Source of the DNA: Candidatus Aenigmatarchaeota archaeon
Lineage (GTDB): Archaea; Aenigmatarchaeota; Aenigmatarchaeia; CG10238-14; SCSR01
Direction of reading: 5' to 3'
Assembly (NCBI GenBank): GCA_026397385.1
Contig: JAPLUY010000040.1
Location: 1-38,083, forward strand
DNA length: 38,083 nucleotides
The notes below the pieces were generated by a model that saw only the letters and a program-made list of their open reading frames with translations, was not told the origin of the DNA and made no database searches. Shown piece after piece: positions 1-7,634 of this stretch (position 1 is its first letter; the number at the start of each line of letters is the position of its first letter). The position numbers and the translations under genes are program-made.

Positions 1-2397
1 CGTGGCGACGATCGACGCCTTCGCGATGGATATGGTCTCGAGCGACATCGCCTCCTGAAGCTTGATCATGTCCTGCGGGGCCACGTGGCTGAACTCGTCG
101 ATCGCGCAGATAGAGCGGTTCGCCAGGACAAGCGCGCCCGCCTCCAGCACCCAGCCGCCCACGAACTTCTCCTCGCGCACGACCGTCGCGGTAAGGCCCG
201 CACCTGATACGGCCGTCCCGGACGCGTACTTGCCGCGCGGTATCATCGTGGACGCGAGCTTCATTATCTGCGACTTGGCCGTGTTGTGCACCACTATGCC
301 GTTCGCCACGAACCTGTGGTGCACGGGCACCTCGATGTCGAACACGTCCTCCGGAGCGTGGTATATTATCTGGACTATCTTCTCGGCGCGCTCTTGGTGC
401 ACGCGGTGCGCGTGCGTCTTCGCGTACTCGGCCGCCTTTTCCATCCGCGCCTTCTTCTTCGCGCTTACGAAACCTATGCTCTTCGAAAACTTCGTTATCG
501 ACTCGGAACGGCGTATCATCAGAGTGCCGCTCGGATTGCCCTTCACGACGCGTCCGTCTATCGTCGATGTCCTGGACTTGCCGTCCCAGAGTATGCGCGA
601 TTGTATGCCGAATCGCAGAAGCAGCATCTGCACGTCACGCAGCAGCTCGATGCTCACCGAACGCAGGCTCACGGACGTGCGGCCGCGGCCGTTCGTGAAC
701 ACGGTGCCGTCGCCCTCGTACAGCCACCGCAGGAACGACGCGACCACGCGGTCGCCTGACTTGAACACGAGGCCGGGCACGCGCTTCTCCTTCAGGAACT
801 GCAGCAGCTCGGCAGCGTGCGTCCTGTTGACCTGGTAGTACGCGATGCGTTCGCTCGCGCGCTTGTGCACGTACGTGGACACGGGCGCCCCGAAGCAGTC
901 GGCGAACGCGCCTTCGAGCTGCGGCAGTATGTCCGACTTATCGTTGCTCACGACGAACCCGATCCTCCTCTTCTGGATCCAGCCGTCGGCGATGATATAA
1001 CCGAATATTGAAGCCAGCTTCTCGTCCACGCGCGCCGGTACGCTGATCTTCCACTCCTGCTTCTTGTGATAATAGGACTTGTCGCTCCAGCCCGTCTCCA
1101 CAGGCGACTTGATCCTGCACTCGATCCTGGAGAGCGTCCGCACCTTGTCGCCTATGCGTATCTCGTCCAGCCTCTTCCAGACGTTCTTCGTGTCCTCGAG
1201 CACGAGCAGCGGCTGGTTGTACGAGCCCTTGATGCTCTTGCCCGTCTCCGTGACGACCTCCATCACAGGCTGCCTGCGGTACAGGTGGAACCTGTCGGCG
1301 CGGCCGTAGTTGCGCCCGCTGCCCGTGTGCACGTGCAGGTCTATGTCCTGCATGTGGCGAGCACCGGCGTCGCCCATCTTCATGATGGTGCCGTCCGCGA
1401 GCACGACGCGCTCGTCCGCCACCAAACACGCGGGATCGCCGACTAACAGCAAATGGAGGTTGCCGCGTATGCGCGTCTTGTCGCGGAGCACGTGCTGCAC
1501 GCCTGCGAACATCTGCAGGATTATGGCCTCCTTGATGTCGCTAAGGCCGTATATCGTCGGCGCGAGCGACGCGACCAGGTGTTCGTACAGCAGCGGGTCC
1601 TTCGACATCTCGATGATCTTCTGCTCGTCCTCGTCGCTGATGTTGAGCTCCTCCCACCCGACTTCGATGGAAGAGACGTGGTTCGCGTCGAGGTATATGT
1701 CCATCATGCGCGTGGCCGGCTCCTTAGTGCTGCGCGGCGTGGACTTGAGCACGCCGCTTATGAGTATGCGGTTCCCGGGCTCGGTGCGGTTCTGCATCAG
1801 CGGCGTTGTAAGGTCCTCCTTCATGAGTATCGTAAGCTCGCTCGGCTGCTCGCCTGATGTGATCTCGAACGGCTCTTCTACAGTGACCCAGCGCACGTCG
1901 AACATCTTCTGGTCCACGAGAGAGAAGCCGCGCCTGCATCCGCACTCGCACCGGTCCGGCGCCTTGATAGCGCGGTCGGCCTGCAGCACGGACATGCGCA
2001 TCCCGCACTCGGGGCATGCGAACACGGCCTCTGATATCTCCGGCCGTATCTCGCTCGCGCTCTTCACGACGCCGTCCACTATTATCAGCTTGCCGAGGTG
2101 TTCGGCGCGTATGTTGCGTATGCGGAAGTTCTTGCTCGCCGGCAGGCCGAAGAATCGCACGCGCAGCTTGTTTTCGGCCATGCCCGTGTCTATGCTTTTG
2201 ATGGCTTCTTCAATGGCGGACAACGCGTCCTCCGGATTCTCAAGAAGGTAGTCTCCGAGCTCCACGTCGAACTTGTCAAGTAGCGAGAAGTCTATAGAGA
2301 CGGACTTTTTGTTCTCGGTCAACGAGGTGACTAGGTCGTCTAGGCAGTTTTCGTTGAGGAACTCCGAGAACTTTTCTATAAGCTCTTCGCGTTCCAT
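1..2397 (-). CDS. mcm: MCM replicative helicase (3' end runs off the window), host gene of an intein
   Basis: Absent from the ORF track because it leaves the window. My reverse-strand translation from ATG 2397 stays open to base 1: MERELIEKFSEFL..., C4 Zn motif CPECG..CECGC, then LLLVGDPA|intein|TAKSQIMKLA...AIDEFSHV (MCM AAA+ Walker A/B). The plus-strand ORFs 62..838 and 1310..2251 are its antisense shadows. Confidence 0.9.
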   Translation of the reverse strand, partial: MEREELIEKFSEFLNENCLDDLVTSLTENKKSVSIDFSLLDKFDVELGDYLLENPEDALSAIEEAIKSIDTGMAENKLRVRFFGLPASKNFRIRNIRAEHLGKLIIVDGVVKSASEIRPEISEAVFACPECGMRMSVLQADRAIKAPDRCECGCRRGFSLVDQKMFDVRWVTVEEPFEITSGEQPSELTILMKEDLTTPLMQNRTEPGNRILISGVLKSTPRSTKEPATRMMDIYLDANHVSSIEVGWEELNISDEDEQKIIEMSKDPLLYEHLVASLAPTIYGLSDIKEAIILQMFAGVQHVLRDKTRIRGNLHLLLVGDPACLVADERVVLADGTIMKMGDAGARHMQDIDLHVHTGSGRNYGRADRFHLYRRQPVMEVVTETGKSIKGSYNQPLLVLEDTKNVWKRLDEIRIGDKVRTLSRIECRIKSPVETGWSDKSYYHKKQEWKISVPARVDEKLASIFGYIIADGWIQKRRIGFVVSNDKSDILPQLEGAFADCFGAPVSTYVHKRASERIAYYQVNRTHAAELLQFLKEKRVPGLVFKSGDRVVASFLRWLYEGDGTVFTNGRGRTSVSLRSVSIELLRDVQMLLLRFGIQSRILWDGKSRTSTIDGRVVKGNPSGTLMIRRSESITKFSKSIGFVSAKKKARMEKAAEYAKTHAHRVHQERAEKIVQIIYHAPEDVFDIEVPVHHRFVANGIVVHNTAKSQIMKLASTMIPRGKYASGTAVSGAGLTATVVREEKFVGGWVLEAGALVLANRSICAIDEFSHVAPQDMIKLQEAMSLETISIAKASIVAT
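283..1428 (-). mobile_element. Intein with LAGLIDADG homing endonuclease inserted in the MCM Walker A (P-loop)
   Basis: In-frame insert between GDPA and TAKSQ. It starts with Cys (TGT 1428-1426), CLVADERVVLADGT (block A). It ends VFDIEVPVHHRFVANGIVVHN (blocks F/G, Asn 285-283), followed by Thr +1. Two LAGLIDADG motifs are present (LASIFGYIIADGW and VASFLRWLYEGDGT, roughly 439-1026). Length 1146 nt = 382 codons. Confidence 0.85.
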
Positions 2398-2426
2398 AAT
2401 CTCCAAAAGTCTTCTTCGGTTCGGAT

Positions 2427-2436
2427 GTTATTATCG
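2427..2436 (-). promoter_or_regulatory. TATA-like box upstream of mcm
   Basis: Reverse strand reads CGATAATAAC about 30-37 nt upstream of ATG 2397. It lies in the loop of a 7-bp inverted repeat, TTCGGTT (2415-2421) / AACCGAA (2439-2445). Confidence 0.3.
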
Positions 2437-2638
2437 TTAACCGAATTTTATGGCATTTCCAACCCGGATGGGAGTTAGGAAAACCGCATTGCCGGCCCGG
2501 CCGCACGAGGCGGGCGCGGGCCATTTGCAGCTTCCGCATCATGCCATGCGTTCGCTGCGTGCTGCGGTTGATAGATGATTGTGCGCGATGCCTATAGCCG
2601 CTTGCGGGACCTCGCTTCCGCTGATTCGGTGTCGTGCG

Positions 2639-3406
2639 TCAAACTTCCGAAGACAGGATTTCATATATGTTTTTTGCGCTCAGGAGTTCGAAATGGACTT
2701 TTCCTGTGAGCATTCGTGACTCCTGCGAGATTGGCTCGGATGTTATGATTTTTGTATTTTGTCCCTCGGATGCAACCTCTGTCACGTAGGAACCAGCCAT
2801 TCTCATGTCTTTTATTTTTTCGAGCAATGCGCAGAGCGAACCCTCTTCCAGCGTAGGTATGTCGTTAGGCGCAGGCCTGTCCCGCACGATCTTCAGGACG
2901 TCGAATTCCCAGTCGAATTGTCCAAGCAGGTAGCGGCCTATCGGCTCGGCTGGTCCTGCGGAGTACAAGCATCTCTTCGCTTGAAGAGGTTCGTGGTAGC
3001 CTTCCACGAGAACTCTGAAATTTTTCCTATCCTCCCTCTCGATAGCCATCCAATGGGTAGGTTCGTAGAGACGGTTCACCTCTATCGACACCAGTTCCGG
3101 GAATTCATAAATCGCGTCCAACACCGCGTTACTTCCATTGTCATCGGTGCATATCACAGGGCCGGTGCAGTGTGTGAATTTCATGCCGAGGGACAAATTC
3201 TCGTATAGGTCCTTCTTCAACGGATTCCATATGCCGGGCTCGGTGATGCCCACGTTCGCAAGTAGCCGGATCCTGTTATCGTTCTCGAGCTCTTCTTTTC
3301 CGAACTCTAGCATGGATCTTATCGAATTCGTTACCTCTGATTTTTCGTACAGTGGGGCGTCCTCGATTAACAGATACGTCGGGAACGCCCTTCTAGGACT
3401 ATCCAT
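2639..3406 (-). CDS. Hypothetical protein (orphan, AT-richer than its neighbours)
   Basis: The ORF track gives 2639..3448. The first 14 codons (MSSLFLFFKHTSVF) overlap a TTTTTATTTTTTAAA stretch that looks like the promoter, so ATG 3406 (MDSPRRAFPTYLLIED...) is the likelier start. I recognise no family. Confidence 0.55.
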   Translation of the reverse strand: MDSPRRAFPTYLLIEDAPLYEKSEVTNSIRSMLEFGKEELENDNRIRLLANVGITEPGIWNPLKKDLYENLSLGMKFTHCTGPVICTDDNGSNAVLDAIYEFPELVSIEVNRLYEPTHWMAIEREDRKNFRVLVEGYHEPLQAKRCLYSAGPAEPIGRYLLGQFDWEFDVLKIVRDRPAPNDIPTLEEGSLCALLEKIKDMRMAGSYVTEVASEGQNTKIITSEPISQESRMLTGKVHFELLSAKNIYEILSSEV

Positions 3407-3451
3407 GAAAACAGATGTGTGTTTAAAAAATAAAAAGAGAGAAGACATTTA

Positions 3452-3468
3452 ATTTGCGCTCTGCAAAT
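3452..3468. promoter_or_regulatory. Perfect 6-bp inverted repeat in a divergent promoter region
   Basis: ATTTGC-GCTCT-GCAAAT lies between the divergent orphan gene (start 3406) and the HIT gene (start 3484). It is a possible operator; sequence pattern only. Confidence 0.2.
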
Positions 3469-3483
3469 CATAGATAGGTTTTC

Positions 3484-3939
3484 ATGGAAGACTGCATATT
3501 CTGCCGGATAGTAAAAGGAGACGCGCCCTGCCACAAGATATGGGAGGACGAGAAGCATCTTGCGTTCCTGTCGATATTCCCGAACACCGAAGGATTCGCG
3601 GTCGTCACGACCAAGAAGCATTATCCAAGCTATGCGTTCGACCTGCCGGACGACGTACTATGTGGACTTGTGACGGCGTCGAAGAAGGTCGCGAAGCTGC
3701 TGGACGCGAAGCTCGAAGACGTCGGCAGGACCGGCATGATTTTCGAAGGGTTCGGAGTGGATCACGTACACGCGAAGCTTTTTCCGATGCACGGGACTAA
3801 AGACATGGCCGCATGGAAACCGCTGAAGTCGAACGTCGACAAATATTTCGACAAGTACGAAGGCTACACCTCATCGCACGACTACAAGCGGGCGGACGAC
3901 GAAAAGTTGTCTGCTCTAGCCAAGAAAATAACGCAATAG
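3484..3939 (+). CDS. HIT (histidine triad) family nucleotide hydrolase/transferase
   Basis: N-terminal CIFCRIV Zn motif, FLSIFPNTEGFAVV, and triad region GVDHVHAKLFP. This reads H-x-H-x-K: the third His of the classical HxHxHxx motif is Lys. Confidence 0.85.
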   Translation: MEDCIFCRIVKGDAPCHKIWEDEKHLAFLSIFPNTEGFAVVTTKKHYPSYAFDLPDDVLCGLVTASKKVAKLLDAKLEDVGRTGMIFEGFGVDHVHAKLFPMHGTKDMAAWKPLKSNVDKYFDKYEGYTSSHDYKRADDEKLSALAKKITQ

Positions 3940-3955
3940 AATAAGATGGAAACGG

Positions 3956-3966
3956 AAAATAAAAAA
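3956..3966 (-). terminator. Oligo-T tract downstream of tbp
   Basis: Reverse strand reads TTTTTTATTTT 16-26 nt after the tbp stop codon, which fits an archaeal oligo-T terminator. Confidence 0.3.
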
Positions 3967-3981
3967 TTCCTAAACTCCGGT

Positions 3982-4575
3982 TCACTTCACGGGTTTCTGC
4001 TTCACCAGCGCGCCGATGCTCTTCAGCTTCTTCGAGACCTTGGTGACGGCGATGCCGACGTCCTTCACGCTGCGCGCTCCCGTGCACACGACCTTTCCGG
4101 AACCGAACAGGAGGAACGCGACCTTCGGGTCCTTCATGCGATAGACAAGACCTGGGAACTGCTCGGGCTCGTACTCTGAGTTCTCCAAGTTGAATGCGAT
4201 AGTGTCGAGGTTCAGTTTTCCGTCCAGCTTCGCCGACGCGACGATGTTCTCGACCTGCGTCTTGAAGTCCTTGGGCACTTTCACGCCCGAACGGGCCACG
4301 ACATCCGCGACTTTCTTGAAAACAGTATTGACGTCCGTTATGCTGCGCGCTCCCGTGCACACGACCTTTCCGCTGCCGAATATCAACGCGGCCGCCTTCG
4401 GGTCCTTCATCCTGTACACCAGCCCGGGGAACTGCTCGGGCTCGTACTCCATGCCTTCGAGCTTCGACACGACCTTCTCGAGCGGTATCGCGACGCCGAA
4501 AGCCGCGGACGCGACGATGTTTTCTACGCGAATGCCGAATTCCTTTGCAGCAGTCATGACTTTCGTAGCAGTCAC
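3982..4575 (-). CDS. tbp: TATA-box binding protein
   Basis: Two TBP repeats are present (VENIVAS...EYEPEQFPGLVYRMKDPK...FGSGKVVCTGARS, twice). A GTG start at 4575 is preceded by AGGTGA on the reverse strand. Confidence 0.95.
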   Translation of the reverse strand: MTATKVMTAAKEFGIRVENIVASAAFGVAIPLEKVVSKLEGMEYEPEQFPGLVYRMKDPKAAALIFGSGKVVCTGARSITDVNTVFKKVADVVARSGVKVPKDFKTQVENIVASAKLDGKLNLDTIAFNLENSEYEPEQFPGLVYRMKDPKVAFLLFGSGKVVCTGARSVKDVGIAVTKVSKKLKSIGALVKQKPVK

Positions 4576-4744
4576 CCAAAAATCACCTTAGGATAAATTT
4601 ATCGCAAAAAACATTTATATTAGAGTTTTATCCTTTTCGATACGGCTTTTATATCCGCCTTTTAAACCGGCCTGAAAGCAGCGACGGATTAAAATCCTGC
4701 GAGCGATATAGGAATTAAGACAGGATAAACGGCGGTGTATTCAT

Positions 4745-5167
4745 TTGGATTCGCCCGAGATGCAGATGATCAAGTACAACTACGTGTTCGTGCACGTCGC
4801 GGTGCACCTGGCCGTGGCGGCGATGCTGTACTTCGTCGTAAATCCCAGCCTCACACTGGACATCGGCAAGGCTGCGGCCGTTGCGCTCGGCACGGCCGCG
4901 TTGGACTTCGACCACGTGCCGCTCTGGCTGAACGTGGGCATACGCGGCTACCTGAAGCTGCGGACGGTGGAGGAGTACGGCAAGCCGCGCAGGTACGCGC
5001 TGCACAACTTCATGGTCCTCTTCGTCGCGCTTGGCGGATCGCTGGTCATGGCGCTGAACGAGTACTTCCTCGTGGGGCTGTTCTTCGCTGCCGTCGTGAT
5101 GCACATCGCGTGGGACTTCGTCGAGGACGTCGCGGTCTTCAAGACGGGCTACAGGCACTGGATATGA
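4745..5167 (+). CDS. Hypothetical polytopic membrane protein (possibly DUF457/YdjM-like metal-dependent hydrolase)
   Basis: Four hydrophobic segments with conserved-looking His/Asp (LDFDHVP, HIAWDF). The track start is TTG at 4745, and ATG 4760 or 4766 are alternatives. The family guess is weak. Confidence 0.5.
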   Translation: MDSPEMQMIKYNYVFVHVAVHLAVAAMLYFVVNPSLTLDIGKAAAVALGTAALDFDHVPLWLNVGIRGYLKLRTVEEYGKPRRYALHNFMVLFVALGGSLVMALNEYFLVGLFFAAVVMHIAWDFVEDVAVFKTGYRHWI

Positions 5168-5237
5168 GTCCGGATGGAAATTTTTTCGCAGAGATGGTTG
5201 ATTGAAAAGAACGACTTCAAAAAAAGACGACAGCATT

Positions 5238-6001
5238 ATGGTCACCGGGATTGATGAGGCTGGAAATAGGCATGGCTGAGAGGCCGTCCTACCAGAAGAG
5301 GCGCGCTCATAGGCCCGATGGTAATATGCGGGATAACCGCGGAGAAACGCGTAGTCGCCAAGCTGAAGAAGATCGGTGTGCGCGACTCGAAGGAGCTGAC
5401 CCCGGAGAAGCGCGAGCGGCTTTACCCGATGATAAAGGAAATCGTGCAGACGGAGAGCCGGGCTTCCGGGATACTGCCGATCTTCGTACAGCCATGCAAA
5501 ATAGACGCGCAAAAATCGGAGAACAGCAACCTCAACCTGCTCGAGGCGCGCACGATGGCGCAGATCATCGGCACGATAGGCGGGGAGGAGGTCTACATAG
5601 ATGCGCTCACGTCGCGGCCGGAACGGTTCAAGAAGGTCGTTCTCGGCTTCCTCAACGAAGGCAAGAGCGGCAATGAACTGAAGATCGAGGGAAAAAATTT
5701 CCGCGTGATCGCCGAGAACAACGCTGACAAGACATACCCTATCGTCAGCGCGGCATCGATAATCGCAAAGGTCGAGCGCGACCGGGCGATAGAGGAGATA
5801 AAGAAGGAGGTGGGCGTGGACTTCGGCGTGGGCTATCCGCACGACGAGCGCACGGTGGCGTTCGTCGAACAGCTCATCAAGACGCACCGCCGGCTGCCGG
5901 CGTACGTGCGCAAGAGCTGGATAACTACGCAGGAGCTGCAGAGGCGCAACTGGCAGCGCAGGATAAAGGATTTTATCCTTGGAAAAGAGAAGAAGATGTA
6001 A
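5238..6001 (+). CDS. rnhB: Ribonuclease HII, reading frame interrupted by a 32-nt insert (5266..5297)
   Basis: ATG 5238 gives MVTGIDEAG, then NRHG-stop. The ORF-track ORF 5318..6001 is in another frame and, extended upstream, reads RGALIGP-MVICGITAEKR.... The body has RNase HII motifs (VRDSKELTPEKRE, YPIVSAASIIAKVERDR, GYPHDERT). Removing 5266-5297 joins GIDEAG to RGALIGPMV. Confidence 0.8.
5266..5297 (+). other. Candidate bulge-helix-bulge (relaxed HBh') intron in rnhB mRNA
   Basis: Central helix CUGG 5260-5263 : CCAG 5292-5295. Bulge AAA 5264-5266. Inner helix UAGG 5267-5270 : CCUA 5288-5291, plus AUGGC 5272-5276 : GCCGU 5283-5287 with loop UGAGAG. A second unpaired triplet, AAG 5296-5298, follows. 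Cuts after the 2nd bulge nt remove exactly this 32 nt and restore the frame. Confidence 0.5.
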
Positions 6002-6027
6002 GGCGCTGACGTCGTTTTCGCGCCGGA

Positions 6028-6294
6028 TTGATGGACCGTATGGAATTCAAAACCGATCAGAAACTGGCAAGCGCATACCTCGCGCTCGGGGCCGCATGCG
6101 GCCTGCTGTCGAACTCGCTTACGCAGATAATGCTCCCGTACGCGCTAATCCTGCCGCTCGTGATATACGTGGCGACGACCTTCGCGCTGCTCAGGTTCAT
6201 GCACGGGCAGAAGAGGATGCCGATGATAACCACCAGCTTCCTGACGTTCGTTCTCGTCTGGGCTGTCGTGTGGGTGTTCCTCTTCAACATCTAG
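6028..6294 (+). CDS. Small membrane protein, unknown function
   Basis: 88 aa with three hydrophobic helices (AYLALGAACGLL, LPYALILPLVIYVATTFALL, FLTFVLVWAVVWVFLF). It fills the gap between rnhB and aspS. Confidence 0.5.
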   Translation: MMDRMEFKTDQKLASAYLALGAACGLLSNSLTQIMLPYALILPLVIYVATTFALLRFMHGQKRMPMITTSFLTFVLVWAVVWVFLFNI

Positions 6295-6310
6295 GCGCGC
6301 CTTTTTTGGG

Positions 6311-7633
6311 ATGTGTTTGCATATGGCGGGCAGGAAGACCGAAGAGCGCACTTACATAGCCGAACTCGGCGGGAAGATAGGGGAGACCGTCAGGCTCGAA
6401 GGCTGGGTGCACGATACGCGCCTGCTCGGGAAGATAAGCTTCATCGTGCTTCGCGATGCGACGGGCAAGGCGCAGGTCACGGCCGTGCGCAGCAAGGCCA
6501 GCGACGAAACGATGAAGCTGGTCGACGGTCTCAGGCAGGAGGACGTCATCGCAGTTACGGGCAAGGTCACGAAGAGCAAGGAGGCGCGCGCCGGCTACGA
6601 GGTGCTGCCAGACGCCATAGATATTGTCAACAAAGCAGCGACGCCCCTGCCGCTCGACCCGCGCGCCGTCACGAAGGCGAACATGGACACGCAGCTCGAC
6701 TGGCGCGTTCTGTACATGCGCACGGACGAGGCGCAGGCGATATTCCGAATCCAGTCGCGCGTGCTGGATAGTTTCCGCGACTTCCTTCTAGGGCGCAACT
6801 ATCTGGAGATACAGCCGCCCGTGATCATCGCCTCGGCGTCGGAAGGCGGCTCGGAGCTGTTCGAAATCCCGTACTTCGAGAAGAAGGCGTACCTAGCGCA
6901 GTCGCCTCAGTTGTACAAGCAGATGTGCGCGCTCGCGTTCGAGAAAGTGTTTACTGTCCTGCCGATCTTCCGCGCGGAGAAGTTCGACCAGCCCACGCAC
7001 CTCAACGAAGTGCGTCAGATGGACATCGAGCAGGCGTTCGCGACGGACGATGACGTGATAGCAGTTCTGGAAGAGTGCTTCGTGCAGATGCTGAACGACG
7101 TGAAGAAGGACTGCGCCGACGATTTGAAAGTTCTGGGCCGCGAGCTGAAGGTTCCGAATCTGCCGCTGCGCCGCGTGACTTACGACGAGGTCGTGAAGCT
7201 GCTGCAGAAAGCAGGCGAGAAGGTCAAGTGGGGCGACGACTTTTCCAAGACGCAGGAGAAGATGATGGCCAAGCTCGTCGGAGAGGAGGCGTTCGTGCTC
7301 AAGGACTGGCCGACGCAGGCGCGCGCGTTCTACTCGATGCCGCACGAGGACAACCCGAAGATATGCAAGGCCTTCGACCTCGTGTACAACGGACTGGAGA
7401 TTTGCTCAGGCGCTCAGCGCATACACATACCCGAGCTTCTGGAGAAGCAGCTGCGCGCGAAGGATCTCGACCCGGCGAACTTCAAGTTCTACATAGACGT
7501 GTTCCGCTACGGCGCTCCTTACCACGCAGGCTGGAGCATCGGGCTGGAACGGTTGACGATGCAGATTACGGGCCGCAGCAACATTCGCGAGGCCACGATG
7601 TTCCCGCGCGACAGGAACAGGATAACGCCTTAG
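6311..7633 (+). CDS. aspS: Aspartyl-tRNA synthetase, archaeal type (class IIb)
   Basis: ATPLPLDP, LAQSPQLYKQ, motif 2 FRAEK, ICKAFDLVYNGLEICSGAQRIH, motif 3 GWSIGLERL, and C-terminal FPRDRNRITP. About 440 aa, as in archaeal AspRS. ATG 6323 is an alternative start. Confidence 0.9.
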   Translation: MCLHMAGRKTEERTYIAELGGKIGETVRLEGWVHDTRLLGKISFIVLRDATGKAQVTAVRSKASDETMKLVDGLRQEDVIAVTGKVTKSKEARAGYEVLPDAIDIVNKAATPLPLDPRAVTKANMDTQLDWRVLYMRTDEAQAIFRIQSRVLDSFRDFLLGRNYLEIQPPVIIASASEGGSELFEIPYFEKKAYLAQSPQLYKQMCALAFEKVFTVLPIFRAEKFDQPTHLNEVRQMDIEQAFATDDDVIAVLEECFVQMLNDVKKDCADDLKVLGRELKVPNLPLRRVTYDEVVKLLQKAGEKVKWGDDFSKTQEKMMAKLVGEEAFVLKDWPTQARAFYSMPHEDNPKICKAFDLVYNGLEICSGAQRIHIPELLEKQLRAKDLDPANFKFYIDVFRYGAPYHAGWSIGLERLTMQITGRSNIREATMFPRDRNRITP

Positions 7634-7634
7634 G

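Noticed and set aside
62-2251. Long plus-strand ORFs 62..838, 286..759, 1066..1446, 1310..2251 and 1453..1857
   Set aside because: Their translations are low-complexity Ser/Arg/Cys-rich nonsense. The reverse strand reads as a textbook MCM plus intein across the whole interval, so these are antisense shadow ORFs of a GC-rich gene.
2276-2542. 88-aa reverse-strand ORF spanning the mcm start
   Set aside because: It overlaps the mcm N-terminus out of frame, has a basic low-complexity translation and lacks any promoter context.
2560-2630. Possible C/D-box sRNA (AGAUGAUU ... CUGA) in the mcm-upstream spacer
   Set aside because: The C box is not canonical (no UGAUGA), there are no C'/D' boxes, and I could find no terminal stem.
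5274-5302. Translational bypass (T4 gene-60-like hop) as an explanation for the rnhB frame break: take-off GGC 5274-5276 followed by UGA, in a hairpin, with a matching landing GGC at 5300-5302
   Set aside because: The matched codons, adjacent stop and hairpin are intriguing. However, the product (DEAGNRHGALIGP) would add two residues inside the invariant DEAGRG..GP motif, whereas the 32-nt excision gives the exact consensus spacing and coincides with BHB cut sites. I kept it only as a fallback hypothesis.
5251-5676. 141-aa plus-strand ORF (MMRLEIGMAERPSYQKRR...) starting inside the rnhB interruption
   Set aside because: It is an Arg/Gly/Asp-rich alternative frame of rnhB with no resemblance to any family. 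It exists only because of the frame break.
4715-5887. 390-aa reverse-strand ORF overlapping the membrane protein gene and rnhB
   Set aside because: It is an Arg/Leu/His/Asp-rich shadow translation with no motifs. The plus strand carries recognisable RNase HII motifs and a hydrophobic membrane protein.
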